63,672 bases of DNA, filler included, from 8 parts of 8 records of this genome joined end to end with filler, not necessarily neighbours in it, one strand, 5' to 3'. Positions 19,074-28,727 are shown, numbered from the whole stretch's first letter. The notes: generated by a model from the sequence alone, not told the origin. Numbers and translations are program-made.

Positions 19074-19727
19074 ATGGCACACATGAATAGCAATATAATT
19101 TTTCCTATGGCAAATGACAACAATACTTGTTTACTGAAAAACATTATAAAAAAAGAGAACATAATCGTTGGTGACTATACATACTATCACGATATAGTCG
19201 ACCCATTAAAATTCGAATCAAATAATGTTTTATATCATTATCCAATTAACAACGATAAGTTAATTATTGGAAAATATTGTTCAATAGCATCTGGAGCAAA
19301 GTTCATATTCAATGGGGGAAATCATAAAGTAAAGAGTTTTGCAAATTATCCCTTCGCTATATTTCGGGATATGTGGGAACAAAATATTAATATTAATGAT
19401 TCCTGGGATAACAAAGGAGACATTGTAATTGGTAATGATGTTTGGGTAGGGTATGAAGCCATAATAATGGCCGGAGTTAAAATTGGTGATGGAGCAAGGA
19501 TAGGAACAAGAGCTCTTGTCACTAAAGACGTAAAACCCTATGAGGTGGTAGGTGGAATTCCGGCTAAACAAATTAAAATGAGATTTCAACCTGAAGTAAT
19601 AGAACATTTATTAAAATTGGAATGGTGGAATATTGATAGTGAAAAATTGAAATCCATAATTCCAGTTCTTATGAATGCAAACGAACAAGAGTTAGCAAAA
19701 TTAATTCAAACAAAAAAGATTTCTTAA
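19074..19727 (+). CDS. Vat/CatB-like xenobiotic O-acetyltransferase (hexapeptide repeat)
   Basis: IIVGDYTYY, DKLIIGKYCSIA, NKGDIVIGNDVWVG, VVGGIPAK, LEWW; much more AT-rich than the MFS and rdh genes. Confidence 0.93.
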   Translation: MAHMNSNIIFPMANDNNTCLLKNIIKKENIIVGDYTYYHDIVDPLKFESNNVLYHYPINNDKLIIGKYCSIASGAKFIFNGGNHKVKSFANYPFAIFRDMWEQNININDSWDNKGDIVIGNDVWVGYEAIIMAGVKIGDGARIGTRALVTKDVKPYEVVGGIPAKQIKMRFQPEVIEHLLKLEWWNIDSEKLKSIIPVLMNANEQELAKLIQTKKIS

Positions 19728-19971
19728 TCCTAACAATAAAATAAACTCGGACGTCTAAAGCTGGGCGTTGCATGGCCCGGCGTCCTTGATACCACACCCT
19801 ACAGGGAAATACTCTGCTTTAATAGGCCATTGACGAACACGAAGGATCTCAGACAAAAGTTTTTTGAGAGCACAAAGATCTTCCGTCTTCCGTGGCTTTG
19901 AATATTAATGCTGCTGTTTCGTAAATTGACTTTACCAGCACTCTTTTTGCCTAATGAAAAAGACGTTAGCC
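19728..19971 (+). mobile_element. Degenerate long attC-like integron cassette site
   Basis: Starts just after the stop with TCCTAACAATAAAATAAACTCGGAC and ends CGTTAGCC; inner GCTGG/CCAGC arms; right arm poorly paired. Confidence 0.5.
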
Positions 19972-20093
19972 ATGATCCGGATCATCATGGTGCTCAGGGC
20001 CGTTGCCGGGCAGTCCTGCATCACCTTCATGCCGGTCCATCTGGTTAAAATCGGGCTCGACCTCATCTCCGTGGGATTCATTTTTATCCTGGC
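19969..20093 (+). pseudogene. Diverged internal fragment of the upstream MFS gene
   Basis: Aligns with 18247-18380, with scattered substitutions and a short deletion. Confidence 0.9.
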
Positions 20094-20099
20094 ATGCTG

Positions 20100-20636
20100 C
20101 TACCACAAAAAATATTTAGACGTATAGGGTTTTACAAGAAAGGTCTTTTCCCAGAATGAACGGGTCAGCAGGATTTCGGGCTTTGAAATCACAACCGTTG
20201 GTATCACATGAAACCATCGGAAGCCAAGCTCGTACAGGTAGGCGTTGAGTTCATCGGCCATCCCCAGATCACGGGCCGCGATTTTAATGGCCTCCCGTTG
20301 GCACCGGGAGCTGATGAATAAATTGGCAATCCGTTTTTGAAATCCATTTTCAAAGAACAGATCCTTGGACAGCTTATAATTTTGAAATCGGCTGAAAGCA
20401 TCCATCTGGGTTAAAATGATCAAAACAACCCCATAAATAGAGAGATACTCAAAGATAAAATACAAAAATGCACGATTTTGTTCCAGGGCAGACAGGGCAA
20501 GCCAGCCAAATCCCAGAAACAGAACCAGCCCCAGAAGCGATGTCAGGTGAAGCAGGAGGCCGACCCTTATAAAGCGGCCCGCCTGTTTGTAAAAAACAAT
20601 ATACCGGTTGATATCTGAAGCCATTAGACGTTCCAT
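20100..20636 (-). CDS. Membrane protein of unknown function
   Basis: 178 aa, two TM helices then DAFSRFQNYK...SRCQREA. Confidence 0.75.
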   Translation of the reverse strand: MERLMASDINRYIVFYKQAGRFIRVGLLLHLTSLLGLVLFLGFGWLALSALEQNRAFLYFIFEYLSIYGVVLIILTQMDAFSRFQNYKLSKDLFFENGFQKRIANLFISSRCQREAIKIAARDLGMADELNAYLYELGFRWFHVIPTVVISKPEILLTRSFWEKTFLVKPYTSKYFLW

Positions 20637-20823
20637 ATTCCGGATATACTATCTTATATAAAACGAATGGTAAACGCCAATCTCTGATGGCAACTCAAGG
20701 TCGTCGGTAAGAATGGGAAGACCACAACGATTACACCGTAGATGCCGGGAACGCCCTTTTTTGCGGATCACCCAAGCCACAAGAATGCGGTCCGACACTT
20801 TCGTGATCACTTCATCCCTGTTA

Positions 20824-20866
20824 TGAAATATCGTTTTTAGTTGACATTATCTCCGAAATATCGGAG
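20824..20866 (+). promoter_or_regulatory. Activator promoter region with CGA-N4-TCG operator boxes
   Basis: TGAAATATCG (20824), TTGACA (20841), palindrome CTCCGA-AATA-TCGGAG (20851-20866). Confidence 0.55.
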
Positions 20867-20896
20867 GTTTGGATAAACCCTTAAACGAGAAGTGCC

Positions 20897-22726
20897 ATGA
20901 ACCCGGAAATACCCATTGATATCGACAAATTGGAACTGACAACCATTCAACTGTCCGTGACCAGTATCATCTGGCTGGACAAGCATGGCCGGATCCGGCA
21001 TGTCAACAATGCGGCCTGTCAAATGCTGCAGTACGATTACGATCACCTGACATCCATGTCCGTATTCGATATCGACCCCAACACGAGCCCGAAGAATTTT
21101 GACAGCGAGTACCTCGCGACGATCCGGGAGAAAGGCCAGAACCGGTTTGAAGCCAGCCTGTTCACCCGGGAAGGGCGTGAAGTCCCGGTGGAACTGACGG
21201 TCTTTTTTGTCCGGCACGAAACCATCGATCTCTTCTGCTGTGCGTGCTCGGACATTTCCATTCGCAAGGAGATGATGGAAAGGGTCATGGAAAGCGAAGA
21301 GCGCATCCGTGCGATTTTCAACAACCATTTTCAGTTGACGGGACTCCTGGACACCCAGGGGCGAATCGTGAGGACCAACCAGGCGGCCCTGGACCTCATC
21401 GGGATCCGGGAGGAGTCGGTGACCGGCGTCAATTTCTGGGAATCCCCGTGGTTTGCCCACTCCCGGGCCCTTCAAAAAAAGATCGCGGGATATGTGAAAA
21501 AGGCGGCCCAAGGAAAGTTTGTCCGCACCGAGTTTGTCCTGATCGATAAGGACGGGAAGGAGTGTATTTTCGACCACTCCTTCAAACCGATTCGGGATGC
21601 GGACGGGGCCATCCGGTTCATCGTTCCCGAGGCACGGGATATCACCGACATACGAAAGGCGGAAAAGGATCTCAAAAAGGCCTACCGGGAACTGAAAAAA
21701 CTAAAGGACAGACTCCGGGATGAAAACCTTTACCTGAAGGAAGAGCTGCGGGTAAGACGGAAACAGACCAGCCTGGTGGGAGAGAGCCCCGCCTTCAGGA
21801 ATGTTCTGTTCCAGATCGAACAGGTGGCTGCCACCAACGCCACGGTCCTGGTCCTGGGGGAAACCGGCACCGGCAAGGAGCTGGTGGCCAACAGCATCCA
21901 TGACCTGTCCAACCGGCGCGACCGCCCCCTGATTAAGCTCAACTGCGCCGCCATACCGTCCAACCTGATCGAAAGTGAGCTGTTCGGCCATGAGAAAGGG
22001 GCATTCACCGGCGCCCACCAACGAAAGATCGGCCGATTTGAACGGGCCGACAAGGGCACCCTTTTCCTGGATGAGATCGGAGAGTTGAGCATCGACCTCC
22101 AGGCCAAGCTTTTGCGCGTCCTCCAGGAGAGTGAATTCGAACGGATCGGCGGTTCAAAAACCATCAAGGTGGACATCCGTATCATTACGGCCACCAACCG
22201 GGACATCAAGGCAATGGTTGCCGAGGGGACGTTCCGTGAAGACCTTTATTACAGGCTCCATGTATTCCCGGTCTCCATTCCGCCGCTCCGGGAAAGGAAA
22301 GGCGACATTCCGCTTCTGGCCAACGTTCTGATCCGGCAAATCAGCAAGCGAATCGGCCGGCGGATCTCCCGGATATCCGCCGCCTCCCTTCGAAAGCTGC
22401 AGGAATACCACTGGCCGGGCAATGTCCGGGAACTGATCAACGTGCTGGAAAGGGCCGCCGTGCTGAGCCAGGGCAATATCCTGAACCTGGGGGACTGGTT
22501 CCAGGTCGAAACGGCAGCCGCCGTATCGGAAAACCCGCCGGCCGCCTCACCGGACGGCACCTTGCCGACCCTGGATGAACTCCAGCGCCGCCATATCATC
22601 CACGTGCTACAGAAGACCAGGGGCCGCATCCGGGGCGTCCATGGCGCAGCCCTGATATTGGGCCTCAAACCCACGACACTTGAGAGCCGTATGAAAAAGC
22701 TGAATATCAATAAATCCGATATATAG
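20897..22726 (+). CDS. Sigma54-dependent activator (PAS-PAS-AAA+-HTH)
   Basis: [39 protein letters not shown]-terminal HTH. Confidence 0.96.
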   Translation: MNPEIPIDIDKLELTTIQLSVTSIIWLDKHGRIRHVNNAACQMLQYDYDHLTSMSVFDIDPNTSPKNFDSEYLATIREKGQNRFEASLFTREGREVPVELTVFFVRHETIDLFCCACSDISIRKEMMERVMESEERIRAIFNNHFQLTGLLDTQGRIVRTNQAALDLIGIREESVTGVNFWESPWFAHSRALQKKIAGYVKKAAQGKFVRTEFVLIDKDGKECIFDHSFKPIRDADGAIRFIVPEARDITDIRKAEKDLKKAYRELKKLKDRLRDENLYLKEELRVRRKQTSLVGESPAFRNVLFQIEQVAATNATVLVLGETGTGKELVANSIHDLSNRRDRPLIKLNCAAIPSNLIESELFGHEKGAFTGAHQRKIGRFERADKGTLFLDEIGELSIDLQAKLLRVLQESEFERIGGSKTIKVDIRIITATNRDIKAMVAEGTFREDLYYRLHVFPVSIPPLRERKGDIPLLANVLIRQISKRIGRRISRISAASLRKLQEYHWPGNVRELINVLERAAVLSQGNILNLGDWFQVETAAAVSENPPAASPDGTLPTLDELQRRHIIHVLQKTRGRIRGVHGAALILGLKPTTLESRMKKLNINKSDI

Positions 22727-22744
22727 TAGAACTCCATTATATCG
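22717..22744 (+). promoter_or_regulatory. Putative upstream activator sequences for the rdh operon
   Basis: CGATATATAG and CATTATATCG, 18 bp apart, about 100 bp upstream of the -24 box. Confidence 0.5.
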
Positions 22745-22835
22745 TAGAACTCACCCCGCCTCCCCCATCCCCCCTCCGCCCCACACCCCAATTAAACGCA
22801 ATCATTTCAATACTTTCCCCATAACACCGCATATC

Positions 22836-22851
22836 TGGCACAGAACTTGAT
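22836..22851 (+). promoter_or_regulatory. Sigma54 -24/-12 promoter of rdhA
   Basis: TGGCAC-AGAAC-TTGAT; correct spacing, GA variant at -12. Confidence 0.75.
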
Positions 22852-22976
22852 AGCCCACCACACAGGCATTCGGCAAGATGCCTGAAAAAAAAAAACGGAT
22901 AACGATTCAGTTTAATGGGACCTCCGGCACAACTGCCGGGGTCCGGGGGATTATCCAGACATGAGGAGAAAAACGA

Positions 22977-24362
22977 ATGACGGAAAAAGATAACCAAGTG
23001 ACAGCATCAAAGGACCGACAGGTCGACAGACGCCAATTTCTCAAGGCCACCACGGTCGGGGCGGCGGTGGGTGCCATGGGCCTGGTGGGGGCACCGGCGC
23101 TTTCGGCAAGCCAGGGAAAGACGCCGGAGTCGCTTAAAGAGCATGTTAAAATGCCCATGAAAATCAGCCGTGACTACAAGCCTTTCGATCAAAAAAACAC
23201 GGTATTCAGCCAGGCGGTCGGTGGGCTCCATAAAACCCTCGCCCCCCTGGGAAGAACCTTTGAACGCTATGAAGTGGACAACAACCGCCCCGGTTTTACG
23301 CGGGTGGACTGGGCGCTCCATCACGGGGCCTGGTCCGTGGAGCATACGGCCACGGCCGGTTCCAAGTTCGGATTGCCGGATACCGGGTGGTACGGCTGGG
23401 AACAGAAAACCAAAAAGACACGGGACTCTTTCCTGGACCTGAACTACGTCTACGACGACCCCCATCAATTTGCGTCGAAAAAAGAGGCGGCTGAGATCAT
23501 CAAGCGGGCCGCCAGCATGTACGGCGCCCATCTGGTCGGCATCACCCGCCAAAACCCGAAATGGGATTACGGCAAGCTTTACCATGTCCTGAGCGGCCGG
23601 GAAATCGGATGGGAGGAGTTTCCCTTCAAACCCAGAACCGTCATCGTCATGGCCATTGAAATGGATTACGAATCGATCGCCACGGCGCCTTCATACACCG
23701 TGGAAGGCGCCATCGGAGACGGATATTCCAAGATGGCCGTGGTGTCTTACCAGCTCTCGGTGTTTCTCAAAACCCTGGGATACAAGTCCGTGGCCGCCGG
23801 AAACGACCTTGGCCTCTCCGTGCCCTATGCGATCCAGGCAGGGTTAGGCGAAGGCGGGCGCAACGGCCTGCTGGTCACCTACCCTTACGGCCCCCGTGTC
23901 CGGCTTTGCAAGGTCTACACGGATCTGGATTTTGTGGAATACGACAAACCGATCACCTTCGGCGTCAGGAGCTTCTGCGAAAAATGCCAGCGGTGCGCAG
24001 ATGCCTGCCCCAGCGGTTCCATCCCGAAAAACGAAAAGCCGACCATGGCGCCCACCCATGACAACCCGGAAAAATGGTTCAACAACACGGGGGTCGAAAA
24101 ATGGTACCTGGATGCCAAAAGCTGCTTCGAGTACTGGTGCAAGGGAAACAACTCCTGCGCCAGCTGCATCACCTCCTGCCCGTACAACAAACCCGAGTTC
24201 TGGCATCACCGCCTGGTGGACAAGCTGAACGCCTTTATGCCCGATTCGGTCCACAGCTTCATGAGGGAAATGGATATCGCATTCGGTTACGGCAACACCT
24301 TTGATGAAAAGGCCGTGAATAAGTTCTGGGCGTCCCGTGGGCGAAAATACCTGGGATATTAA
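22977..24362 (+). CDS. rdhA: Respiratory reductive dehalogenase catalytic subunit
   Basis: Tat signal DRRQFLK; YGAHLVGI, AGLGEGGRNGLLVT..YGPRVRL; Fe-S motifs FCEKCQRCADACP and CASCITSCP. Confidence 0.96.
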   Translation: MTEKDNQVTASKDRQVDRRQFLKATTVGAAVGAMGLVGAPALSASQGKTPESLKEHVKMPMKISRDYKPFDQKNTVFSQAVGGLHKTLAPLGRTFERYEVDNNRPGFTRVDWALHHGAWSVEHTATAGSKFGLPDTGWYGWEQKTKKTRDSFLDLNYVYDDPHQFASKKEAAEIIKRAASMYGAHLVGITRQNPKWDYGKLYHVLSGREIGWEEFPFKPRTVIVMAIEMDYESIATAPSYTVEGAIGDGYSKMAVVSYQLSVFLKTLGYKSVAAGNDLGLSVPYAIQAGLGEGGRNGLLVTYPYGPRVRLCKVYTDLDFVEYDKPITFGVRSFCEKCQRCADACPSGSIPKNEKPTMAPTHDNPEKWFNNTGVEKWYLDAKSCFEYWCKGNNSCASCITSCPYNKPEFWHHRLVDKLNAFMPDSVHSFMREMDIAFGYGNTFDEKAVNKFWASRGRKYLGY

Positions 24363-24403
24363 GCGAGACAACACGCGTCAATCGACTTGCAAGGAGATTA
24401 AAA

Positions 24404-24700
24404 ATGGGAATTTTTACCGGAACAGAAATACTGTTCTTCGTTTTGGGGGCCCTGACCGTACTGCTCGGCGGGGGTCTTGTTTATTTGAGAAAGCAACACA
24501 ACGCCAACTGGCAGGCCATGGGCCTGGCCGGACTCGGGGCGTTTCTGATTCTTTTCTGCATTGCTTGGTCGGTGAGCAGCGTCCTGGAAGGAGAGCCCCA
24601 GGCCGCCAACATGGGAATTCTGGTGTTCGGATCGCCGGTGCTGGTCATCGTCGGCATCCTCAACCGGATGCGCAAAAAAAGCGGAACGAAAGCGGCGTAA
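24404..24700 (+). CDS. rdhB: Reductive dehalogenase membrane anchor
   Basis: 98 aa, three TM helices, EGEPQAA motif, directly after rdhA; AAGGAG RBS. Confidence 0.9.
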   Translation: MGIFTGTEILFFVLGALTVLLGGGLVYLRKQHNANWQAMGLAGLGAFLILFCIAWSVSSVLEGEPQAANMGILVFGSPVLVIVGILNRMRKKSGTKAA

Positions 24701-24703
24701 ATC

Positions 24704-25876
24704 ATGGAAACCCGTATCATGGAATCCCCCTGCCGTACCGAAGGTTCGAGGTCAAGGCCCCGGAAAATGATAATCACCCTTTTGGCCGTCATCTCGCTGG
24801 CGGCGGCCTATGCCGTAGGTTTCTCCGTCAAGGGGAATGAATCCTTTCAGGTGCTGCAAAAGGCCTTTCCGGGTAAAACCCTGGAAGCCGCGGAGGGGAC
24901 GGGCCGGCTCTACAGGGTCACGGACCGGGCAACCGCCGCCCCCGAGGGACACATCGCCGTCCAGGAAGCGTCGGGATGGGGCGGTCCCCTCAAAACCGCC
25001 ACATGGATCGGGACCGATGAAACCATCCGCAAAGTGGTGGTCCTGGGCCACAAGGAGACCCCCTCCTTTTTTCAGCACCTGAAGGGCAGCGGGTTCTTCG
25101 AGCAGTTCACGGATAAACGGATCACCGCCCCCCTCACAAACAGCGGAGAGATTGACGCCGTTTCCGGCGCCACCATCTCCTCGGCGGCTTTCACAAAGGC
25201 GGTGAGGGAAGGCGCCCACCGGGTGGCCGCCGAACAGTACGGCCATGCCATGGAAAAGGAGAGCCCAGCCTGGAACGTGGGAAAGGACGAACTAATTTTA
25301 CTCATGGTGTTCGCCGTGGTGATCGGCTGCCTGCTCTTGAAGCGGGTCAAGGCCCGGATTTTTGTTCTGGCCTTCTGCGTTCTATTCCTGGGCGTTCACA
25401 TGAACCGGCCCATCTCCCTTGCCGGCCTGGCCTCCATTCTGCTGGGCTATTGGCCGTCCCTTCACGGGCAGCCATTCTGGTGGCTTCTCACGGGCGGAGT
25501 GCTGCTGATCACCACACTTATGGGGAAAAACATCTACTGCTACTGGATGTGCCCCTTCGGCGGCATCCAGGAGTTCGGTACAAAAATCGGGGGGATCCAT
25601 TTCCGGCTGAACAGGAAGGTGACAGGGGCCCTCAGGCACCTGGGCCATCTTTTCCTCTGGATGGCCCTGATGATTATCTTCCTCACCCGGAACCCCGCCA
25701 TGGGCGCCTATGAACCCTTTGCCACCCTGTTCAGCCTTCGCGGCTCCGGCATTCAGTGGTACCTGGTCACGGCCGCCCTTGGGGGCTCCTTTCTCATTCC
25801 GCGATTCTGGTGCCGGTTCTTCTGCCCCGTCGGGGCGATCCTGAACCGTGTGGCCCGTATCAGGAAAAGTTTTTAA
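24704..25876 (+). CDS. rdhC: RdhC/NosR-like FMN-binding membrane protein
   Basis: GWGGP, DAVSGATISS flavinylation motif, YCYWMCPFGG and WCRFFCPVG. Confidence 0.88.
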   Translation: METRIMESPCRTEGSRSRPRKMIITLLAVISLAAAYAVGFSVKGNESFQVLQKAFPGKTLEAAEGTGRLYRVTDRATAAPEGHIAVQEASGWGGPLKTATWIGTDETIRKVVVLGHKETPSFFQHLKGSGFFEQFTDKRITAPLTNSGEIDAVSGATISSAAFTKAVREGAHRVAAEQYGHAMEKESPAWNVGKDELILLMVFAVVIGCLLLKRVKARIFVLAFCVLFLGVHMNRPISLAGLASILLGYWPSLHGQPFWWLLTGGVLLITTLMGKNIYCYWMCPFGGIQEFGTKIGGIHFRLNRKVTGALRHLGHLFLWMALMIIFLTRNPAMGAYEPFATLFSLRGSGIQWYLVTAALGGSFLIPRFWCRFFCPVGAILNRVARIRKSF

Positions 25877-26035
25877 AAAAACAGGATGCGCCTGCATATT
25901 GCCTCCGGCGGACCTGCCGGAGGCCAAAGTTTTATCTTATCTGATTTTGGATTTTGACAAACAGGTCTTGTTTGTTTTTTTGGAAAGACCGCGACAGCAC
26001 CGTTGCGGCAAAAGTAAAAAAAGGAACAGAAGCTC

Positions 26036-26974
26036 ATGAAAAACGGAAGTAGATGGATGGCAGTGGCAGTGGCAATATGTGGTTTGATTTTTTTGCAGGG
26101 TGGAACGTCCCCGGCCGGGGCGGCCACGGCAGGCTCCCATTATCCCTTCGGCACGGAAGGCGTCCTGGCGGGGACGGCTCCGCCTCCGGGATTTTACTAC
26201 CGGGTATACAATACCTGGTACAACCCGACGACCTTGAAGGACAACGACGGCGACACGTCGGACGTTGGATTCGAACTGGACGTTTTTTCCACGGTGCACC
26301 GCTTTGTCCATGTCACGGATAAAAAAATATTGGGGGCCGATTATGCCTATAACATAATCGTTCCATTGGTGGACAAGGATATTGAAATTGCTGGGGCGGG
26401 GATATCCGATTCCCGGTCCCTTGCCCTGGGTGACATCGTTATCGAGCCCATCGCCCTGGCCTGGCACAGGCCCCGCTGGGATGCGATCGCGGCACTGGGA
26501 GTCATCGCTCCCACAGGAGAATTCGATGCCGAAAAACCCGCCTCGCCGGGCCTGGGATACTGGTCGGGCCTGCTGACACTCGGCGGGACCTATTACTTCG
26601 ACGATGCCAAAACTTGGTCCATCAGTGCCCTGACGCGCACACTGGTCCACACCGAACAGGAAGACACCAATGTGACACCCGGTTCGGAATTCGTCATGGA
26701 GTACGGTCTGGGCAAACAGATCGCGATAAATGACAAACTGCTGGTGAGGCCGGGGATTGCCGGATGCGCCTATTGGCAGCTCAGCGATGACAGTGACGAC
26801 GGTCCGGGCACCATTGCCGACCATCGAAAAGAGGCCCATGCCCTGGGCGGGGAAATCAACTTTTTCTTCCTGCCGCAAAAATTTCAAATGAACCTGAGGG
26901 CGTTGCGTGAATTCGAAACCAGCAATACCCCCCAGGGATCACAGTTTATCTTAACCTTTACCAAAATGTGGTAA
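26036..26974 (+). CDS. Outer-membrane beta-barrel channel, 'MetA-pathway of phenol degradation' family
   Basis: Signal peptide; HYPFGTEG..AG..PPPGFY, LGDI...P..LAWH, APTGEFD; aromatic C-terminus. Confidence 0.85.
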   Translation: MKNGSRWMAVAVAICGLIFLQGGTSPAGAATAGSHYPFGTEGVLAGTAPPPGFYYRVYNTWYNPTTLKDNDGDTSDVGFELDVFSTVHRFVHVTDKKILGADYAYNIIVPLVDKDIEIAGAGISDSRSLALGDIVIEPIALAWHRPRWDAIAALGVIAPTGEFDAEKPASPGLGYWSGLLTLGGTYYFDDAKTWSISALTRTLVHTEQEDTNVTPGSEFVMEYGLGKQIAINDKLLVRPGIAGCAYWQLSDDSDDGPGTIADHRKEAHALGGEINFFFLPQKFQMNLRALREFETSNTPQGSQFILTFTKMW

Positions 26975-26998
26975 CAGCCGTGCAATCCCGCCGTCCCC

Positions 26999-27029
26999 TC
27001 CTGATCTGCATTGACACTGCAGATCAGGA
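26999..27029. terminator. Stem-loop ending the rdh operon
   Basis: TCCTGATCTGCA-N7-TGCAGATCAGGA; no clear U-tract. Confidence 0.5.
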
Positions 27030-27142
27030 ATGAAGCTTTGTTAAATTTATATTAGTTATATATTTTTTGATCCATTTTAGGTACACATGCCATTATTGTT
27101 GCTGGACAGATTATTGTTAACACGAATTGCGAGGATCAATAA

Positions 27143-27672
27143 ATGAGCAGATGTTCTAGAAGAAATTTTCTGAAGTTGAGTGGTATGGCGCTGGCCGGCA
27201 GCTGACGGATCATTCGGATCAGCTCAACCTGATCTTCATGCACCACAATTTCATCCCCTGGTCCGCCGATGAACTTCCCGGCGGTCCCAAGCAATGGTTC
27301 ACCATCGATAATGATGCCGAGGCCCGGGCCCTTCTGTCAAAGCATGCGAACGCTGCGCCCGTCGTTATTACAGGGCACCGGCACATCGGGCTGAATTACC
27401 GGGAGCTCAACGGTGTGAACTATTTTATTGTTCCATCACTGAATTCCCATCCCATGCGATACTCGGTATTCAACATCTCCAACCGGTCCCTTGCATGGAA
27501 AACCCAGATGGTCAGCGTTCCCGAGTCCGCCCACCTGGAAGCAAAGAACAATCTTCTCAATGCCGCCTGGTGGCGGGAGACCCAATTTGCGGAAAGAACC
27601 CCGGGGTCCGATACCGCGGTCCTCGATTTTTATGAGAACAACCGGATGATCACCGGCTCCATTAAGATATAG
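27143..27672 (+). pseudogene. Internally deleted Tat-exported metallophosphoesterase
   Basis: GAGGA RBS, MSRCSRRNFLKLSGMALAGS* (27143-27205), joined out of frame to C-terminal motifs LIFMHHN and ITGHRH; N-terminal DxH/GD/GNHD motifs absent. Confidence 0.8.
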
Positions 27673-27710
27673 CCCTTTTATCCCGGGGATTTTATCGTTT
27701 AAATAAAACC

Positions 27711-27891
27711 CCCATTCCGGGGAATTTTGTTTGTCTGTATCGGTTTTATTGGATCATTTTGGAATTATCCGGAATTCTGTTTATTATTCAATAATGGAAT
27801 GATATACTGTTAGGCAACATAGCAAACTGTTCCCCAATGGGTTGTCAAACCATGTCATTTTTAATACCGAACAGATGTTATCCGACAAACG
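27711..27891 (+). repeat. Dispersed leader element, copy 2
   Basis: Homologous to 18852-19013, with a short insertion near 27733-27748. Confidence 0.85.
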
Positions 27892-28727
27892 AAGATAAAC
27901 CGAAAAAACGAATAAAATTGCTGACCATCAGCCTCGTATGGGGGATGGTCTTGTTGGCAGCCTGTGCTCGTGCTGAGCAGATCGCGCTTACGGCATTCGA
28001 TTATCCTCCTTATATGGATAAATCGTTACCGAACAAAGGGGTGTTTTGCGAGTTGGTGACTGCCGCCTATCAGTCGGTTGGTTACACCGTGGCATTTGCT
28101 TTCTATCCGTTAAAGCGCTCGACGCAGTATGTGAGCAATGGGAAAGCCTTGGCGCAGCTCGGCTCCGAATGGAATTTTCCTGAAGACGTACGAAAAAACG
28201 ATGTGCAAAGCGTTCCGGTATTTTATTTCCGCACGGTCGGATTTTATCTGAAAGATCGATTCAAGTCCATTCCATATAAAACACTCAAAGACTTACAAGG
28301 GTATCGTCTCTGCGTTATCAGGGGAGATTCAGCCTCAAACCTTTTCAACAAGCATCCCGAACTGGATCTTCATGTTGAACATGTGACGACCATGGAACAG
28401 GTGTTTAAAAAAGTGTATGCCACCCGCAGCGATCTTGGGTTTGCGGTCGAATTAAGCGGACGGATGTTTTTCGCCAAACATTATCCGAACGAGCTGGATC
28501 GCTGGGCGATGACCGAGGATGCGATGCAGGGGATTTTTGGGGACGTGGTGTTTTCAAAGAAGTATCCGGAGAGTGAGAAGTATTTGAACACCTTCAAGGA
28601 CGGGCTCCAGCGGATACGCGACAATGGAACCTATCTTCGCATTTTTGAGAAGTACTACGGCACAGGCAAGGTCCCTGCCTGGATCACTGATGTTACCCAG
28701 GAGGCATATGAAATTCCACCAGAATAA
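27837..28727 (+). CDS. Family-3-like periplasmic substrate-binding protein (orphan)
   Basis: DYPPY, YPLKRS, LKDLQGYRL, LQRIRDNGTYLRIFEKY; signal-like hydrophobic stretch. Confidence 0.85.
   Translation: MGCQTMSFLIPNRCYPTNEDKPKKRIKLLTISLVWGMVLLAACARAEQIALTAFDYPPYMDKSLPNKGVFCELVTAAYQSVGYTVAFAFYPLKRSTQYVSNGKALAQLGSEWNFPEDVRKNDVQSVPVFYFRTVGFYLKDRFKSIPYKTLKDLQGYRLCVIRGDSASNLFNKHPELDLHVEHVTTMEQVFKKVYATRSDLGFAVELSGRMFFAKHYPNELDRWAMTEDAMQGIFGDVVFSKKYPESEKYLNTFKDGLQRIRDNGTYLRIFEKYYGTGKVPAWITDVTQEAYEIPPE

Noticed and set aside
22727-22976. Cobalamin riboswitch upstream of rdhA
   Set aside because: No B12-box or conserved core recognised; only a C-rich tract, the sigma54 promoter and a simple hairpin
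13341-26887. Many long overlapping or antisense ORFs (e.g. 13409-14236, 18012-18935, 20837-21577, 25937-26887)
   Set aside because: Shadow frames of GC-rich genes with no recognisable motifs
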